From contig CAWGRW010000010.1 of NCBI GenBank assembly GCA_963825135.1, positions 64,001-128,000 of the forward strand: a stretch of DNA of 64,000 nt. Direction: 5' to 3'. Under the pieces are notes generated by a model. That model saw nothing but the letters and a program-made list of their open reading frames with translations, was not told where the DNA came from and ran no database searches. The position numbers and the translations under genes are program-made. Source of the DNA: an uncultured bacterium. Lineage in GTDB: Bacteria; Desulfobacterota_D; UBA1144; Nemesobacterales; UBA2774. Shown piece by piece: positions 19,561 to 30,013 of this stretch. Position 1 is the first letter of the stretch, and each line of letters opens with the position of its first letter.

Positions 19561-19874
19561 CTTCCTCTCCCGTCATAAAGAAATATTTCAAACCCTAATG
19601 CCCGGCCGCCGGAGGCTTTTCAAGCTCATCAAAACTCCGGTTATCCGCCTCCCTCCCTCAAATCCGGTTCGGTCGTTCCCGGCGGTCTTTACCGGGGATC
19701 CGTTCTCGCGCTTAGCGGCCGCGAGCGCGCCTGAAAATATATACGAACCGTCCCGTCATAAAGTTTTATGTTGCGTTCGCGCCGCCCCGCTCCCCTCTGC
19801 TCTTTTTCATTGTTAACCCTCCCGTTTCATGTTACGTTGAAAGTAGCGTCTGAGAACCAACCGGAGGTCGCGGC

Positions 19875-21380
19875 ATGAAAAATTACTCTTTAATCGCTTT
19901 TGCGGTGTTATCCCTATTGGTTGCGTCATGGGTCGGGGAGTCCCGCTCCGCCGATGAGGAGCTCGACGGGCTCGACGCCTTCGTCGAGCTCGCGATGGAG
20001 CAATACGGCGTCCCCGGCGCGTCCGTGGCGGTCGTAAAAGACGGCGACGTCGTATATCTCAAGGGATTCGGCGTGAGGAAAATCGGCAGTAAAGAGAAAG
20101 TCGACGGCGACTCCGTATTTCAGCTCGCGTCGGTTACGAAGACCTTCACCGCCGCATCGGTCGCCTCGATGGTCGACAGGGGCAAGATGAGCTTCGACGA
20201 GGAGGTCATAAAGATAATCCCCGACTTCGCCCTCATGGAGCCCTACTCCACCCGCTTCACGACCCCGCGGGACCTCCTCGCGCACCGCACCGGACTCCCC
20301 CCGTTCACGGGCGACATATTCGACCACCTCGGTTACTCCCGCGACGAGGTCATCAGGCGCGTCCGTTACTTCACCCCCGCCTGCAGCTTCAGGGAGGACG
20401 CGAACTATTCCAACATCGGCTACTTCCTCGCGGGCGAGACGGCGGCCTATGCCGCCGACTCCTCCTGGGAGGACGTGGTGACGGAGAACATAATAAAGCC
20501 CCTAGGCCTCAAACACACGGGTTTTACGTACGATATAGAAGAAGAGGACAACGTCGCCTACCCGCACGCGGATGTGGACGGAGAGACGAAGGTGATTCCG
20601 TTCAACGAGCAGAGGGTGCTCGCACCGGCGGGCGCGATGACTTCGTCGGCGTCCGACCTGGCCCGGTACCTCATCATGTACCTGGACGAGGGGAAATTCA
20701 GGGGCAAGGAAATACTCAGCGCCGAATCGGTAAAGCAGTTATTCACCCCAGCGATCGTGGACAAACCCTCATTCGCGGAATTGCCCCCTATCTCCGATGA
20801 CAACGGGTTCAGCTACGGCCTCGGATGGGGCATCTACTACTGGCATAACCACAAGATTCTGGAGAAAGGCGGCGCGCTCGACGGATACAGGACCGTGGTC
20901 GTCCTCGTACCGGACATGGAGCTCGGCATAGTGGTGCTTTCGAACATGAACCTCACGGTATTCCCCGAGGCCGTGCGCGCGTTCGTGCTGGAACAATACC
21001 TGGGCGAGGCGGGCTTCGACATGCAGGAAGCCATCATGGAAAGGTCCAAGAAAATAGCGGATATGATTGGCACGGACAGGACCGTCCAGCCTAAAGACCC
21101 GCGCCCGCCGAGCAAGGACCTCGACGCATACACGGGCACCTACGAGAACGACCTCTACGGCCGGTTCACGGTCGAGAAGGACGGCGACGCCCTCAGGATC
21201 GAGGCGGGCCCCGCGAAATACGCCGGCACGCTCACGCACGTCAATTACGATACGTTCTACCTGAGCTGGCCAGTATTCATTTCCGTCCCGGATCAGGTTT
21301 CCTTTATAATTGACGCCGGGGGGAACATTACCGAGTTCATAGACGATTCCCTCGGCAGGTTCAAGAGGGTGAACGAATAA
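19875..21380 (+). CDS. Serine hydrolase, beta-lactamase-related family, with DUF3471-like C-terminal domain
   Basis: Signal peptide, FQLASVTK, LLAHRTGL, YSNIGY, YGLGW, YTGTYENDLYG. Confidence 0.92.
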   Translation: MKNYSLIAFAVLSLLVASWVGESRSADEELDGLDAFVELAMEQYGVPGASVAVVKDGDVVYLKGFGVRKIGSKEKVDGDSVFQLASVTKTFTAASVASMVDRGKMSFDEEVIKIIPDFALMEPYSTRFTTPRDLLAHRTGLPPFTGDIFDHLGYSRDEVIRRVRYFTPACSFREDANYSNIGYFLAGETAAYAADSSWEDVVTENIIKPLGLKHTGFTYDIEEEDNVAYPHADVDGETKVIPFNEQRVLAPAGAMTSSASDLARYLIMYLDEGKFRGKEILSAESVKQLFTPAIVDKPSFAELPPISDDNGFSYGLGWGIYYWHNHKILEKGGALDGYRTVVVLVPDMELGIVVLSNMNLTVFPEAVRAFVLEQYLGEAGFDMQEAIMERSKKIADMIGTDRTVQPKDPRPPSKDLDAYTGTYENDLYGRFTVEKDGDALRIEAGPAKYAGTLTHVNYDTFYLSWPVFISVPDQVSFIIDAGGNITEFIDDSLGRFKRVNE

Positions 21381-21410
21381 CTACCGCCTCGCCTCCGCCC
21401 GGCCTGCCTT

Positions 21411-22130
21411 GTCATTGCAACGGTTCTGATGAATAAGAAGAACCGGTCGCTGCTGGCTGATTGCATTCAAGCTGCTGTGCCATGGGACGAACCTGCCAAA
21501 TAAAAGCTGCGAAGCAGCGCGGCAATCTCGCCTTTTCTTCCCCGACATTACAGAATCTGCGGCGGGTGCTCACCCGCACATTAATTTCCCTCCCCCCTTT
21601 TTTAAAGTGGGAACGGATGCGAGCGTGCAAGCATTCGGTCGCTCTTCCAACAAAGTCCGTGAGGCATATCAACCCCCCGCTCGACGATGCCTGAGCCAAA
21701 ATAGTTAGGATGGGGGTGGTCACCTTACCCCCCAATCAAGCAAGAAAGCCTTTTCTTCCCCGACATTACAGAATTTGCGGCGGGCACACACAATGTGTGT
21801 CTCTACGATTCTTCCGTAACTCCTCTGCTCAACCAGCAACGAAGCCCAACCCGTCCGTGCTGAGCTAGTCGAAGCACGTTACCGACATTACAGAATTTGC
21901 GTCTAGAAAATCGATTGTACGAGCGTTAAAAATCTTCCACGGGCTGGGGTTGAATTGGAAGATTTAGCGAGTACATGAGATTTTTAGCACAATTCTGTAG
22001 TCGGATGATTTTTGCTTCTTTGTATCCAGACAAAGAAGAAAATAGAATTGTCTTTGCTTTTTCTTTGTCTTTTCGAGAACCACACTACGTGTGTGATTTT
22101 TGCTTCTTTTCATCAAGGAAAAGAAGAGGT
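21411..22130 (+). repeat. Mosaic palindromic repeat array
   Basis: Contains inserts A and C, three CCGACATTACAGAAT joints and a core at about 21882-22003. Confidence 0.9.
21419..21508 (+). mobile_element. About 90-nt nested insert, type A
   Basis: AA(C/T)-GGTTCT-loop-AGAACC-GGTCGC plus tail, inside GTCATTGC...GCAATCT; also at 24578, 30322, 57832, 59414 and partially near 44390. Confidence 0.65.
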
Positions 22131-22181
22131 ATTTATCTTTCCTTTTTTTATTGTAATACCGGAAAGCGAATCAGCACCCCG

Positions 22182-22439
22182 TCAAGGCCCTTCGCACGGC
22201 ACGTTTGGCGGCGTGTCGTTACCCATATACGACGCGCACCTCTCGAGGTCGGCGCAGCTTATCTTGTTCTGCTTGCTCGCCGGGTCCATAGCCTCGTACG
22301 CCTCGACGCTCACAGGAATGTTATTGCAAATGCTCATGTCGAACCCGTCGTCCTTCTGCGCGCTCTCGTTCTGACCCGCACACGCGCCGAGCGCGAAAGC
22401 CCCGATCACGAGCGCCTTACATAGATCCTTCTTCGTCAT
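22182..22439 (-). CDS. Small Cys-rich lipoprotein
   Basis: Lipobox LGAC; SD AGGAGG. Confidence 0.75.
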   Translation of the reverse strand: MTKKDLCKALVIGAFALGACAGQNESAQKDDGFDMSICNNIPVSVEAYEAMDPASKQNKISCADLERCASYMGNDTPPNVPCEGP

Positions 22440-22579
22440 GCCAATCGTCCCTCCTGTAAATTATGCTGAAGCCGCAATACATTATACACCCGATAGCGAA
22501 ATAAATTAATCACCCCCCATCACCCCATTGCCATTCCCCCGGCGCCGATTATATTTTTCCGGAGCGGTGGAATACCACA

Positions 22580-22945
22580 ATGACCGATACGAAACACGGC
22601 GCCGGAAGCGAAAATCGCCACGCCGGAGACGTCGATAAATACTACTACTACCTCAACATGATAACGGAGAACGTCCGTAACGGCTATAACCTCATGGTCG
22701 TCAAATACTGCGATCTCTCCCTGCCCCTCATCCCCTCCCTCATCGAACAGACGCTCCGAGATTCGGGCGAATTCGACATCACGAATATCCCCGCGATCGA
22801 GCTCGGGGCGAAGATATGGAGCCATCAGGGGAGGAGAGACAGGATAGACGAGCTCGCGCGGCTCGTCTCCGCCCATCCGGAGCTCGCCCCCTGGCGGATA
22901 CACATCGACCGCGCATACGCCGTACTCAGCGAAGCGGAAAAATAA
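22580..22945 (+). CDS. Hypothetical protein
   Basis: 121-aa ORF with host-like codon usage. Confidence 0.65.
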   Translation: MTDTKHGAGSENRHAGDVDKYYYYLNMITENVRNGYNLMVVKYCDLSLPLIPSLIEQTLRDSGEFDITNIPAIELGAKIWSHQGRRDRIDELARLVSAHPELAPWRIHIDRAYAVLSEAEK

Positions 22946-22979
22946 ACCCCCTGCAACCCGCTCTTTTGTCTTTTTAGCG

Positions 22980-23460
22980 GCACTCCGGAATTTGCGGCGA
23001 GTGAGCACCCGCGGGCATATCATCTCTACCTCCCCCTCAGCTCAATCAACTCTCGTAGCCAAACCCGTTCGTGCTGAGCTAGTCGAAGCACGTTACCGAC
23101 ATTACAGAATTTGCGTTAAGAAAATCGCGTGTTTAAGCGTTAAGAAATCTTTGAGCAGTCCAATTGAAAGATTTTAGCTTAAACACAAGATTTTTAGCGT
23201 AATTCTGTAGTCGGATGATTTTTGCTTCTTTGTATCCAGACAAAGAAGAAAATATATTGTCTTTGCTTTTCATAATCCAAACTACGTGTGTGATTTTTGC
23301 TTCTTTTCATCGAGGAAAAGAAGGATTAAAAAAATCATCCTTTCACCTTTCTTTTCTGTCTTTCCGAAAGATCACATTGCGCTTGCGTCGCAGCTGGCCT
23401 GTCCAAGACTCGATCCTACAAGGGTTTGTCATTTCGAGGTAAAGCCGAGAAATCCATCTT
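22980..23460 (+). repeat. Mosaic palindromic repeat array (covariant core variant)
   Basis: Core at about 23096-23213 with a GTGTTTAAGC/GCTTAAACAC stem. Confidence 0.9.
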
Positions 23461-23567
23461 TTCCCTCTCGACATTCCCAGAATCCTCTGCAATCCCTCCG
23501 CTCTCCCTCCCCACTTTGAATTTCCCTCTCTATCCATTATTCTTTTTAGCTACATCCAGAGGAGCAC

Positions 23568-24389
23568 ATGAGCAGAACATTGATCGGAATCTTCATCGCA
23601 GCGGCGCTGCTGGCGGCGCTGGCGCATCCCCTCCCCGCCCTTTCCCGGGACATGGACGGCTCCATGCTCGCGGAGAGTCCCGCCGGGAAGCCGGCCGATA
23701 ATCCCGCCCCGCCCCCGGGCGCGGCGAAAGAGCTCACCCTCGACGAAATTCTGGCGAAATACTACGGAGCGATAGGCGGGCTCGGGAACTGGGAGTCTCT
23801 CAGCACCCTCGTCATCAAGGGCACGATATTCTCCCAGAACGCGGAGATAACGACGACCGGCGAGTACATGCGCCCCGACAAGTGCAGGGTGTCGTATAAA
23901 ATAGGAGGCAAGCTCGTCGTTCAGTCCTTCAACGGCGAGACCGCCTGGCAGCAGAGCGCCCTATCGAAAAGCGTCGCGCCCGAAACCCTCGACGCCGAGC
24001 GCACTAATTACCTACGCGACAGGTGCGGCATAGAGAGCCCCCTCATCGACTACGCGAAAAAGAACCTCAGGGTTACGCTCGAAGGCAAAGACCTCGTCGA
24101 CGGCAAGGACTCCTACAAAATCAAGGTCACTTACTCTTCGGGAAATTTCCAGTACTACCTGCTCAACGCCTCGTCGTTCCTCCCCGTGAAAACGGTCGGT
24201 TTTTACAACGTAGGCGGAAAGCAAGTCGTCATGATGACCAGGTTCAAGGAATACAAGAGGGTGGGAAGCATCCTCGTCCCGTTTAAGCTCGCGATAGAGA
24301 AAAAAGGGAACGCGCCGCGCGAAGAATACGTCGTCGAATCCGTCACTCCCAACGCCCCCCTCGACCCCGCAATATTCAACATGCCCTGA
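23568..24389 (+). CDS. Secreted LolA-like (outer-membrane lipoprotein-sorting family) protein
   Basis: EILAKYYGAIGG, RPDKCR, FNGETAW, YKIKVT, LVPF, LDPAIF. Confidence 0.75.
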   Translation: MSRTLIGIFIAAALLAALAHPLPALSRDMDGSMLAESPAGKPADNPAPPPGAAKELTLDEILAKYYGAIGGLGNWESLSTLVIKGTIFSQNAEITTTGEYMRPDKCRVSYKIGGKLVVQSFNGETAWQQSALSKSVAPETLDAERTNYLRDRCGIESPLIDYAKKNLRVTLEGKDLVDGKDSYKIKVTYSSGNFQYYLLNASSFLPVKTVGFYNVGGKQVVMMTRFKEYKRVGSILVPFKLAIEKKGNAPREEYVVESVTPNAPLDPAIFNMP

Positions 24390-25130
24390 CGCCCGCACAC
24401 ACGTAGCGTGTTCCACGATCCTTCCGTATGTCTTCCGCCTAACCCGGCGACACGCCGCCCCGTTCACCCCGAGCGCACACGAAGTGTGCTGTCGAATGGT
24501 CTTCCTTAATTCCCTCCCCCTCAACAGGAGGGGGGAGGGTCAAGGGTGGGGGTGCACCTCAATATTTTTGTCATTGCAATGGTTCTGAGGAATAAGAAGA
24601 CCCGTTCGTGCTGGCTGATTGCATTCAAGCTGCCGTGCCGTGGGACGAACCTGCCAAATAAAATGTGTGAGAGCAGCGCGGCAATCTCGTCTTTCTTCCC
24701 GACATTACAGAATCTGCGGCGGGTGAGCACCCGCGGGCATACGATCTCTATTCCCTCCTCTGCCTAATCAACTCCTGAAGCCCAACCCGTTCGTGCTGAG
24801 CTGTCGAAGCACGTTACCGACATTACAGAATTTGCGTAAAGAAAATCGATTGTACGAGCGTTAAAAATCTTACGTGGGCCGGGGCGGGATCGGAAGATTT
24901 AGCGAGTACATGAGATTTTTAGCACAATTATGTAGTCGGATGATTTTTGCTTCTTTTCATCAAGAAAAGAAGGAATAAAAGCCTCACCTTTTCTTTGTCT
25001 TTCCTTTGCTTCTTTTCATGTCCTGAATTCATCAAGGAAAAGAAGGATCAAATCAAATAGCCTTTCACCTTTCTTTGTCTTTCCTCCGTCCGTACGCAAG
25101 GTGTATGGAGAACGCACAGGCCCCGCTTTC
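24390..25130 (+). repeat. Mosaic palindromic repeat array
   Basis: Begins at the stop codon; core at about 24817-24939. Confidence 0.9.
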
Positions 25131-25227
25131 GAAATTCCACAAATCAGATGTATTATTAACCCATACGCCCGGCTCCCGTCCGGCCGCCCTGCACGGGTCG
25201 CTTTCGAACCGGAACCATCGCCCAACA

Positions 25228-25962
25228 ATGAAGAACAAGAGTGAACTCGTCATACCCGTCCTCGTCATCGCCCTGCTCGTCTCGGTAGCCGCGTGGATTC
25301 TATACAGCTATACGGGCGACCTCCGGTTCTACAAGAGACTCCGCGACCGCGGCGTCGAAACGACCGCGCTTGTCAAAATGAAGGCGATAATGAAGGACGG
25401 CGCTCTCGTCAGGGCGAGCGTAACGTCCTCGTCCGACGACCACAGGGTCATGGTATCCGTACGCATGCCCGGCGGGATATCCTCCGTCTGCACGCTCCGG
25501 GTATCGAAGTACACGTACGACGTCATATCCAGGCGCGACATACTGGACATAGCCTACCTCCCGGACGACCCCTCGCAATGCACGCTCCCCGACGGGATTG
25601 AGGTGAACCTCTACCTCCTGGGCTCCCTTCTGGCTGCCGCATTGTTCCTGCTCCTCCTCGCGGCCGGGTTCTCTTACTATGTGTACAGGTCGTTCAGAAA
25701 ACCGCCCCCCGGCAAAGAGACGGCGCTTACGACCGAGCTCGGAATTTCAGGCGGCATGGATTGCCCGGCGTGCGGCGCGCCGATGACCGAAGGCTACATG
25801 CCCACGGTCGGCGGCGTATCCTGGCGGGACAGGGACGATCCCATCGGCATCCCCACGATGTTCACCGGACTCCCCGGCACGACGTACTTTATAAAGCGCC
25901 CGGCCCTCCACGCTTACAGGTGCGAGCCCTGCCGTATAATCACTTTTAAATACGGCGGATAG
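25228..25962 (+). CDS. Membrane protein (DUF3592-like) with C-terminal zinc ribbon
   Basis: TM, RGVETTA...IAYLPDDP, TM, then CPACGAPMTEGY...AYRCEPC. Confidence 0.75.
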   Translation: MKNKSELVIPVLVIALLVSVAAWILYSYTGDLRFYKRLRDRGVETTALVKMKAIMKDGALVRASVTSSSDDHRVMVSVRMPGGISSVCTLRVSKYTYDVISRRDILDIAYLPDDPSQCTLPDGIEVNLYLLGSLLAAALFLLLLAAGFSYYVYRSFRKPPPGKETALTTELGISGGMDCPACGAPMTEGYMPTVGGVSWRDRDDPIGIPTMFTGLPGTTYFIKRPALHAYRCEPCRIITFKYGG

Positions 25963-26125
25963 CCTTCGTATTTCTCAGGTTTTTCATTATGGTCCGCAAA
26001 ACGCGCCGTCGCACGTCCGCCCGGTCTCCGGCCCTCATCGAGAAAGGCCTTTAAATTCCTATTGTAATTCGCGCTTTTTACTATAATCTTCAATAACATA
26101 TCTATACTAATTCAGGAGCGGTCCG

Positions 26126-26989
26126 ATGCGACGGAATCTATGCCTTATATTATTTTCAGCAGCCTTAATAGGATTTTTTGGGGCGGTATCCTGCAGACGC
26201 GCGGATGAAAAAGAGCATGCGAAGAAGGAGGAGCAGAAACAGTCGCCCTCCGAAAAAAACACCCCGGTCGAGCCCCGTCATGAGGCAGCAGCCGTTCCTT
26301 CCGGAACAGACACCGACGTCGACGCGATACTGACGAAATACTTCGAGGCTATCGGAGGCCCCGCAAAGTGGAACGAGGTCAAGACCCTCAAATACACGGG
26401 CAAGATGGACTCGATGGGCAAGCTTTTCCAGATGGCGATAGTTTACAAGCGCCCCGATAAGTGCAGGATAGACTTCAGCCTCGGCCATATCTATTTCATA
26501 CAGTCTTACGACGGCAAGGAGGCCTGGAAGTACAACCCCACCACGGAGGGCAGCAAGCCCGAAGTCCTCGAAGGGGACGACGCGGACGACCTGCTGGAAA
26601 CATGCGACTTCGACGGCCCGCTCGTCGACCCCAAGTCCAAGGGCATAAAGGTCGAGCTTGTAGGAAAGGAGACAATCGAGGGCCGGGAAGCATACAATCT
26701 CAAGGTAACGTTCAAGAGCGGGAACGTCGACAACTACTACCTCGACGCGAAAACATACCTGCCGTTCATGGTAAAAGGGACGACGAAACAGAACGGGAAG
26801 GTGCTCCCTTCAACCACGACCATCGACCAGTACATAGATACCGGCGGCGTGGTCATACCCTATTATTTCAAGTTCGACGCAGAGGGCAGCGAGGGCAGCG
26901 AGGAAATAAAGGTATCAACGGTAGAGCTCAACGCCAAACTCGACGACACTGTCTTCTCATTCCCCCGCCGCGTCGAAGACTCCTACTAG
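26126..26989 (+). CDS. LolA-like lipoprotein, paralogue of 23568-24389
   Basis: Lipobox-like AVSC; ILTKYFEAIGG, RPDKCR, YDGKEAW, YYLDAKTYLP. Confidence 0.75.
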   Translation: MRRNLCLILFSAALIGFFGAVSCRRADEKEHAKKEEQKQSPSEKNTPVEPRHEAAAVPSGTDTDVDAILTKYFEAIGGPAKWNEVKTLKYTGKMDSMGKLFQMAIVYKRPDKCRIDFSLGHIYFIQSYDGKEAWKYNPTTEGSKPEVLEGDDADDLLETCDFDGPLVDPKSKGIKVELVGKETIEGREAYNLKVTFKSGNVDNYYLDAKTYLPFMVKGTTKQNGKVLPSTTTIDQYIDTGGVVIPYYFKFDAEGSEGSEEIKVSTVELNAKLDDTVFSFPRRVEDSY

Positions 26990-27157
26990 GGCGCACGCGC
27001 GCCACGCTGCGTGCGTCATTTCATCGAGGAAGTGAAGAACAAGCTATTCGTCTTGTGTCCTGAATCCTGACACCTCGGAGTGCGCCGATTGCCGCCTCCG
27101 GCCGTATGCGCGCCTGAAACATGAAGGATCACGGCAGGATACGGAGAATGATCCGGA

Positions 27158-27174
27158 CGGCACACGCTTTGCAA
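27158..27174 (+). promoter_or_regulatory. Sigma54 (-24/-12) promoter
   Basis: CGGCAC-acgct-TTGCA, GG-N10-GC, about 50 bp before the CBS gene. Confidence 0.65.
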
Positions 27175-27223
27175 TCAATAGATAGGGCCGGGACGTGTTA
27201 AACTATCATTAGGAGGTACTCAA

Positions 27224-27652
27224 ATGAGCCTGGAAACACTTTGCAGAAGAGAAATAGTATGCGTTGACGTAAAAACCAAAGTACTCGAAGCGACCCAACT
27301 CATGGAAGAGATGAACGTAGGGAGCGTCGTCGTCATTCAGAACGACAGGCCCGTCGGCATAGTCACGGACAGGGACATAGTCCTGAGGGTGATAAACAAG
27401 AAGCTTGACCCCGCCAAATGCCCCATTGGCGACATCATGTCTCTGGATGTCGTAACCTTTAGGCAGAATACCGGCCTCTACGAAGCGCTAGAACAAATAA
27501 AGGAGAGCGGGAACAGCGTGCGCCGATTCCCCATCGTGGACGAGAACGGAGCGATAAAGGGCATCATCACGCTCGACGACGTCATCTATCTGCTCGGAAA
27601 GGAGATGTCCGACGTCGCGGCGATAATCGAGAACGAGCGCCCGAAGCTGTAA
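27224..27652 (+). CDS. Tandem CBS domain protein
   Basis: VGIVTDRDIV, VRRFPIVD, GIITLDDV; SD AGGAGG. Confidence 0.92.
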   Translation: MSLETLCRREIVCVDVKTKVLEATQLMEEMNVGSVVVIQNDRPVGIVTDRDIVLRVINKKLDPAKCPIGDIMSLDVVTFRQNTGLYEALEQIKESGNSVRRFPIVDENGAIKGIITLDDVIYLLGKEMSDVAAIIENERPKL

Positions 27653-27787
27653 AATAACTCTTCACGCCTCCATTCCATAATTCCCGTTCTTTTCCAATCC
27701 GCCCCTCCTCGCTTATCATTCCGTAAGTCTTCTGCCTACCCCGGCAACCGCCGCCTCATCATATGTCCGCGGCGACTCGTCGCCGCG

Positions 27788-28425
27788 CTCACCCCGAGCA
27801 CACACGCACGTAGTGCGTTTCTACGATCCTTCCGTAACTCCTCTGCCATCGCCAGGGAATGAGCCCAACCCGTTCACCCTGCGCGCACACGAAGCGTGCT
27901 GTCGAAGGGTTTCTTCCTTTCAATTTCCCCCTTAGAAAAAGGAGGGCTAGGGAGGATTTAGTTTTACCCCGTTCGTGCTGAGCTTGTCGAAGCACGTTAC
28001 CGACATTACAGAATTTGCGTTAAGAAAATCGATTGTACGAGCGTTAAAAATCTTCCACGGGACGATTCCGAACTAGCGAGGAATCGGACGCCCTCTCCTA
28101 TCCGCACGACGTTAGTTAGCCACGGACATCGCTAAACTATCGCTCCGATGGGGTTGAATTGGAAGATTTAGCGAGTACATGAGATTTTTAGCACAATTCT
28201 GTAGTCGGATGATTTTTGCTTCTTTTCATCAAGGAAAAGAAGGATAAAAAAACGGTCTTTCACCTTTCTTTTCTTTTGTCTTCTCATAATCCACACTTCG
28301 CGTGTTCATCAAGGAAAAGAAAGATTAAAAAAACAGCCTTTCACCTTTCTTTTGTCCTTTCGAAAGATCACATTGCGCTTGCGTCGCGGCTGCAACCCGC
28401 TCCTACAGGGTTTGTCATTGCCAGC
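27788..28425 (+). repeat. Mosaic palindromic repeat array
   Basis: Core with a type B insert at about 28000-28208. Confidence 0.9.
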
Positions 28426-28582
28426 TGTGCGGGAAATTCATCATCCCCTTTTCCCCGTCCTTCAGGCCCAGCCTACCCCCTCCCCTCCCCTCCGGATTGA
28501 CACGGCCCCGCCTTTATGAGACTATCTCTATTCAGGCGCACAATACGTTTTGTGCCTTTATCCGGCAAAGGAGAAAACGCCC

Positions 28583-30013
28583 GTGCTCAAGACCCCCGAG
28601 GAATACGTCGAAAGCCTGAGAGAGCTCGACCCCGTAGTTTACATGAAGGGGAAACGAGTCGAGAGCGTCCCTGACGAGCCCATGCTGGAGCCCGGCATTA
28701 ACGCCGTCTCGGTCACGTACGAATTCGCGCTCCTGCCGGAGTACGCGGACACGATGACGGCCGTCTCTCACGTCACGGGCAGGAAGGTCAACCGACTGCT
28801 TCACATCAACACGTCCCAGAACGACTTGTTGAAAAAGCTCGAGATGGTGAGGCTCCTCTGCCGGGAAACAGGGTGCGCCCAGCGCTACCTCTGCCACGAC
28901 GCGTTAAACGCCCTCTACGAAACGACTCACAACGTCGACCTCAGGTTCGGCACCGACTATCACGTAAAGTTCCTCACGTACCTCGAATACCTGCAGGACG
29001 CGGACCTCACCGCGTGCGTCGCCATGACGGACGCCAAGGGCGACCGCACGAAGCGCCCCCACCAGCAGCACGACCCCGACCTCTACCTCCGCATCGTCGG
29101 GCGCGAAGACGCCGGTATTACCGTGCGGGGCATAAAGGCGATAGTCACGGGCGCCCCCTACACGCACGAAATAATAGTCCTCCCCACGCGCAGCATGACT
29201 GCGGAGGACGAAGACTACGCCCTGTCCTTCGCTATACCCATAGACACCGAAGGGGTAGAGCTCGTCTCCCGGCAGGCCGGAAGGCCCGGAGAGTCGGGCG
29301 CTCCGCTCACCTCCCGGTACGGCCAGGCCACGGCGCAGATTCTGTTCGACGACGTATTCATACCGTGGGACAGGGTATTCCTCGCCGGGGAATGGGAGCT
29401 CGCGGGCTCTCTCACCGAGAGCTTCGCCACGCACCACAGGGTCTCATGCATAGGCGCGAGGGCCGGGCTCGGCGACATGCTCATCGGCGCATCCGCAGCG
29501 CTCGCAGAGGCGAACGGACTCGACCCTCAGAAAACCGGGCACATCAGGGACAAGATATCCGACCTCATAAAATACGTGGAATCGTCCTACGCTTGCGGCG
29601 TTACGGCCGCCGTGTTCGGAAAGGAGACACGCGCGGGCAACTTCATACCCGACCCGGTCTACTCGAATATCGGCAAGCTCCTCCAGGGGGTGCACATATA
29701 CGATATGTTCAGGATAGTGCACGACACGGCGGGCGGCATCTTGGTCGCGTCTCCATACCCCGAGGACATGGAATCCCCCGCGGTGGGAGAACGGCTCACG
29801 CGCTACCTCCAGGGCAGGGAAGACATTCCGGCCGACTACAGGCTCTCCGTAGCGAGGCTCCTTGAGGACATCACCGCGTCATACCAGGGAGGCTGGTATT
29901 CCGTCATCAGCATATCCGGAGGCGGCTCGCCCGAAGCCACGCGCCTCGAGGTCATGCGCAAATACGACATCGACGAGCGCAAATCCCTCGCCGAAAAAAT
30001 CTCCGGCGCCTAG
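28583..30013 (+). CDS. 4-hydroxybutyryl-CoA dehydratase / 4-hydroxyphenylacetate 3-hydroxylase family flavoprotein (divergent)
   Basis: EEYVESLR, AMTDAKGDR..RP..Q.DPDLYLRIV, ILFDDVFIPWDRVF, GGGSP; GTG start after AAGGAG. Confidence 0.85.
   Translation: MLKTPEEYVESLRELDPVVYMKGKRVESVPDEPMLEPGINAVSVTYEFALLPEYADTMTAVSHVTGRKVNRLLHINTSQNDLLKKLEMVRLLCRETGCAQRYLCHDALNALYETTHNVDLRFGTDYHVKFLTYLEYLQDADLTACVAMTDAKGDRTKRPHQQHDPDLYLRIVGREDAGITVRGIKAIVTGAPYTHEIIVLPTRSMTAEDEDYALSFAIPIDTEGVELVSRQAGRPGESGAPLTSRYGQATAQILFDDVFIPWDRVFLAGEWELAGSLTESFATHHRVSCIGARAGLGDMLIGASAALAEANGLDPQKTGHIRDKISDLIKYVESSYACGVTAAVFGKETRAGNFIPDPVYSNIGKLLQGVHIYDMFRIVHDTAGGILVASPYPEDMESPAVGERLTRYLQGREDIPADYRLSVARLLEDITASYQGGWYSVISISGGGSPEATRLEVMRKYDIDERKSLAEKISGA

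Noticed and set aside
21419..21508. Hammerhead ribozyme in insert A (CTGATGA...GACGAAC)
   Set aside because: No stem II follows CUGAUGA, GAAA is absent, and the motif varies among copies (CTGAGGA, CCGATGA).
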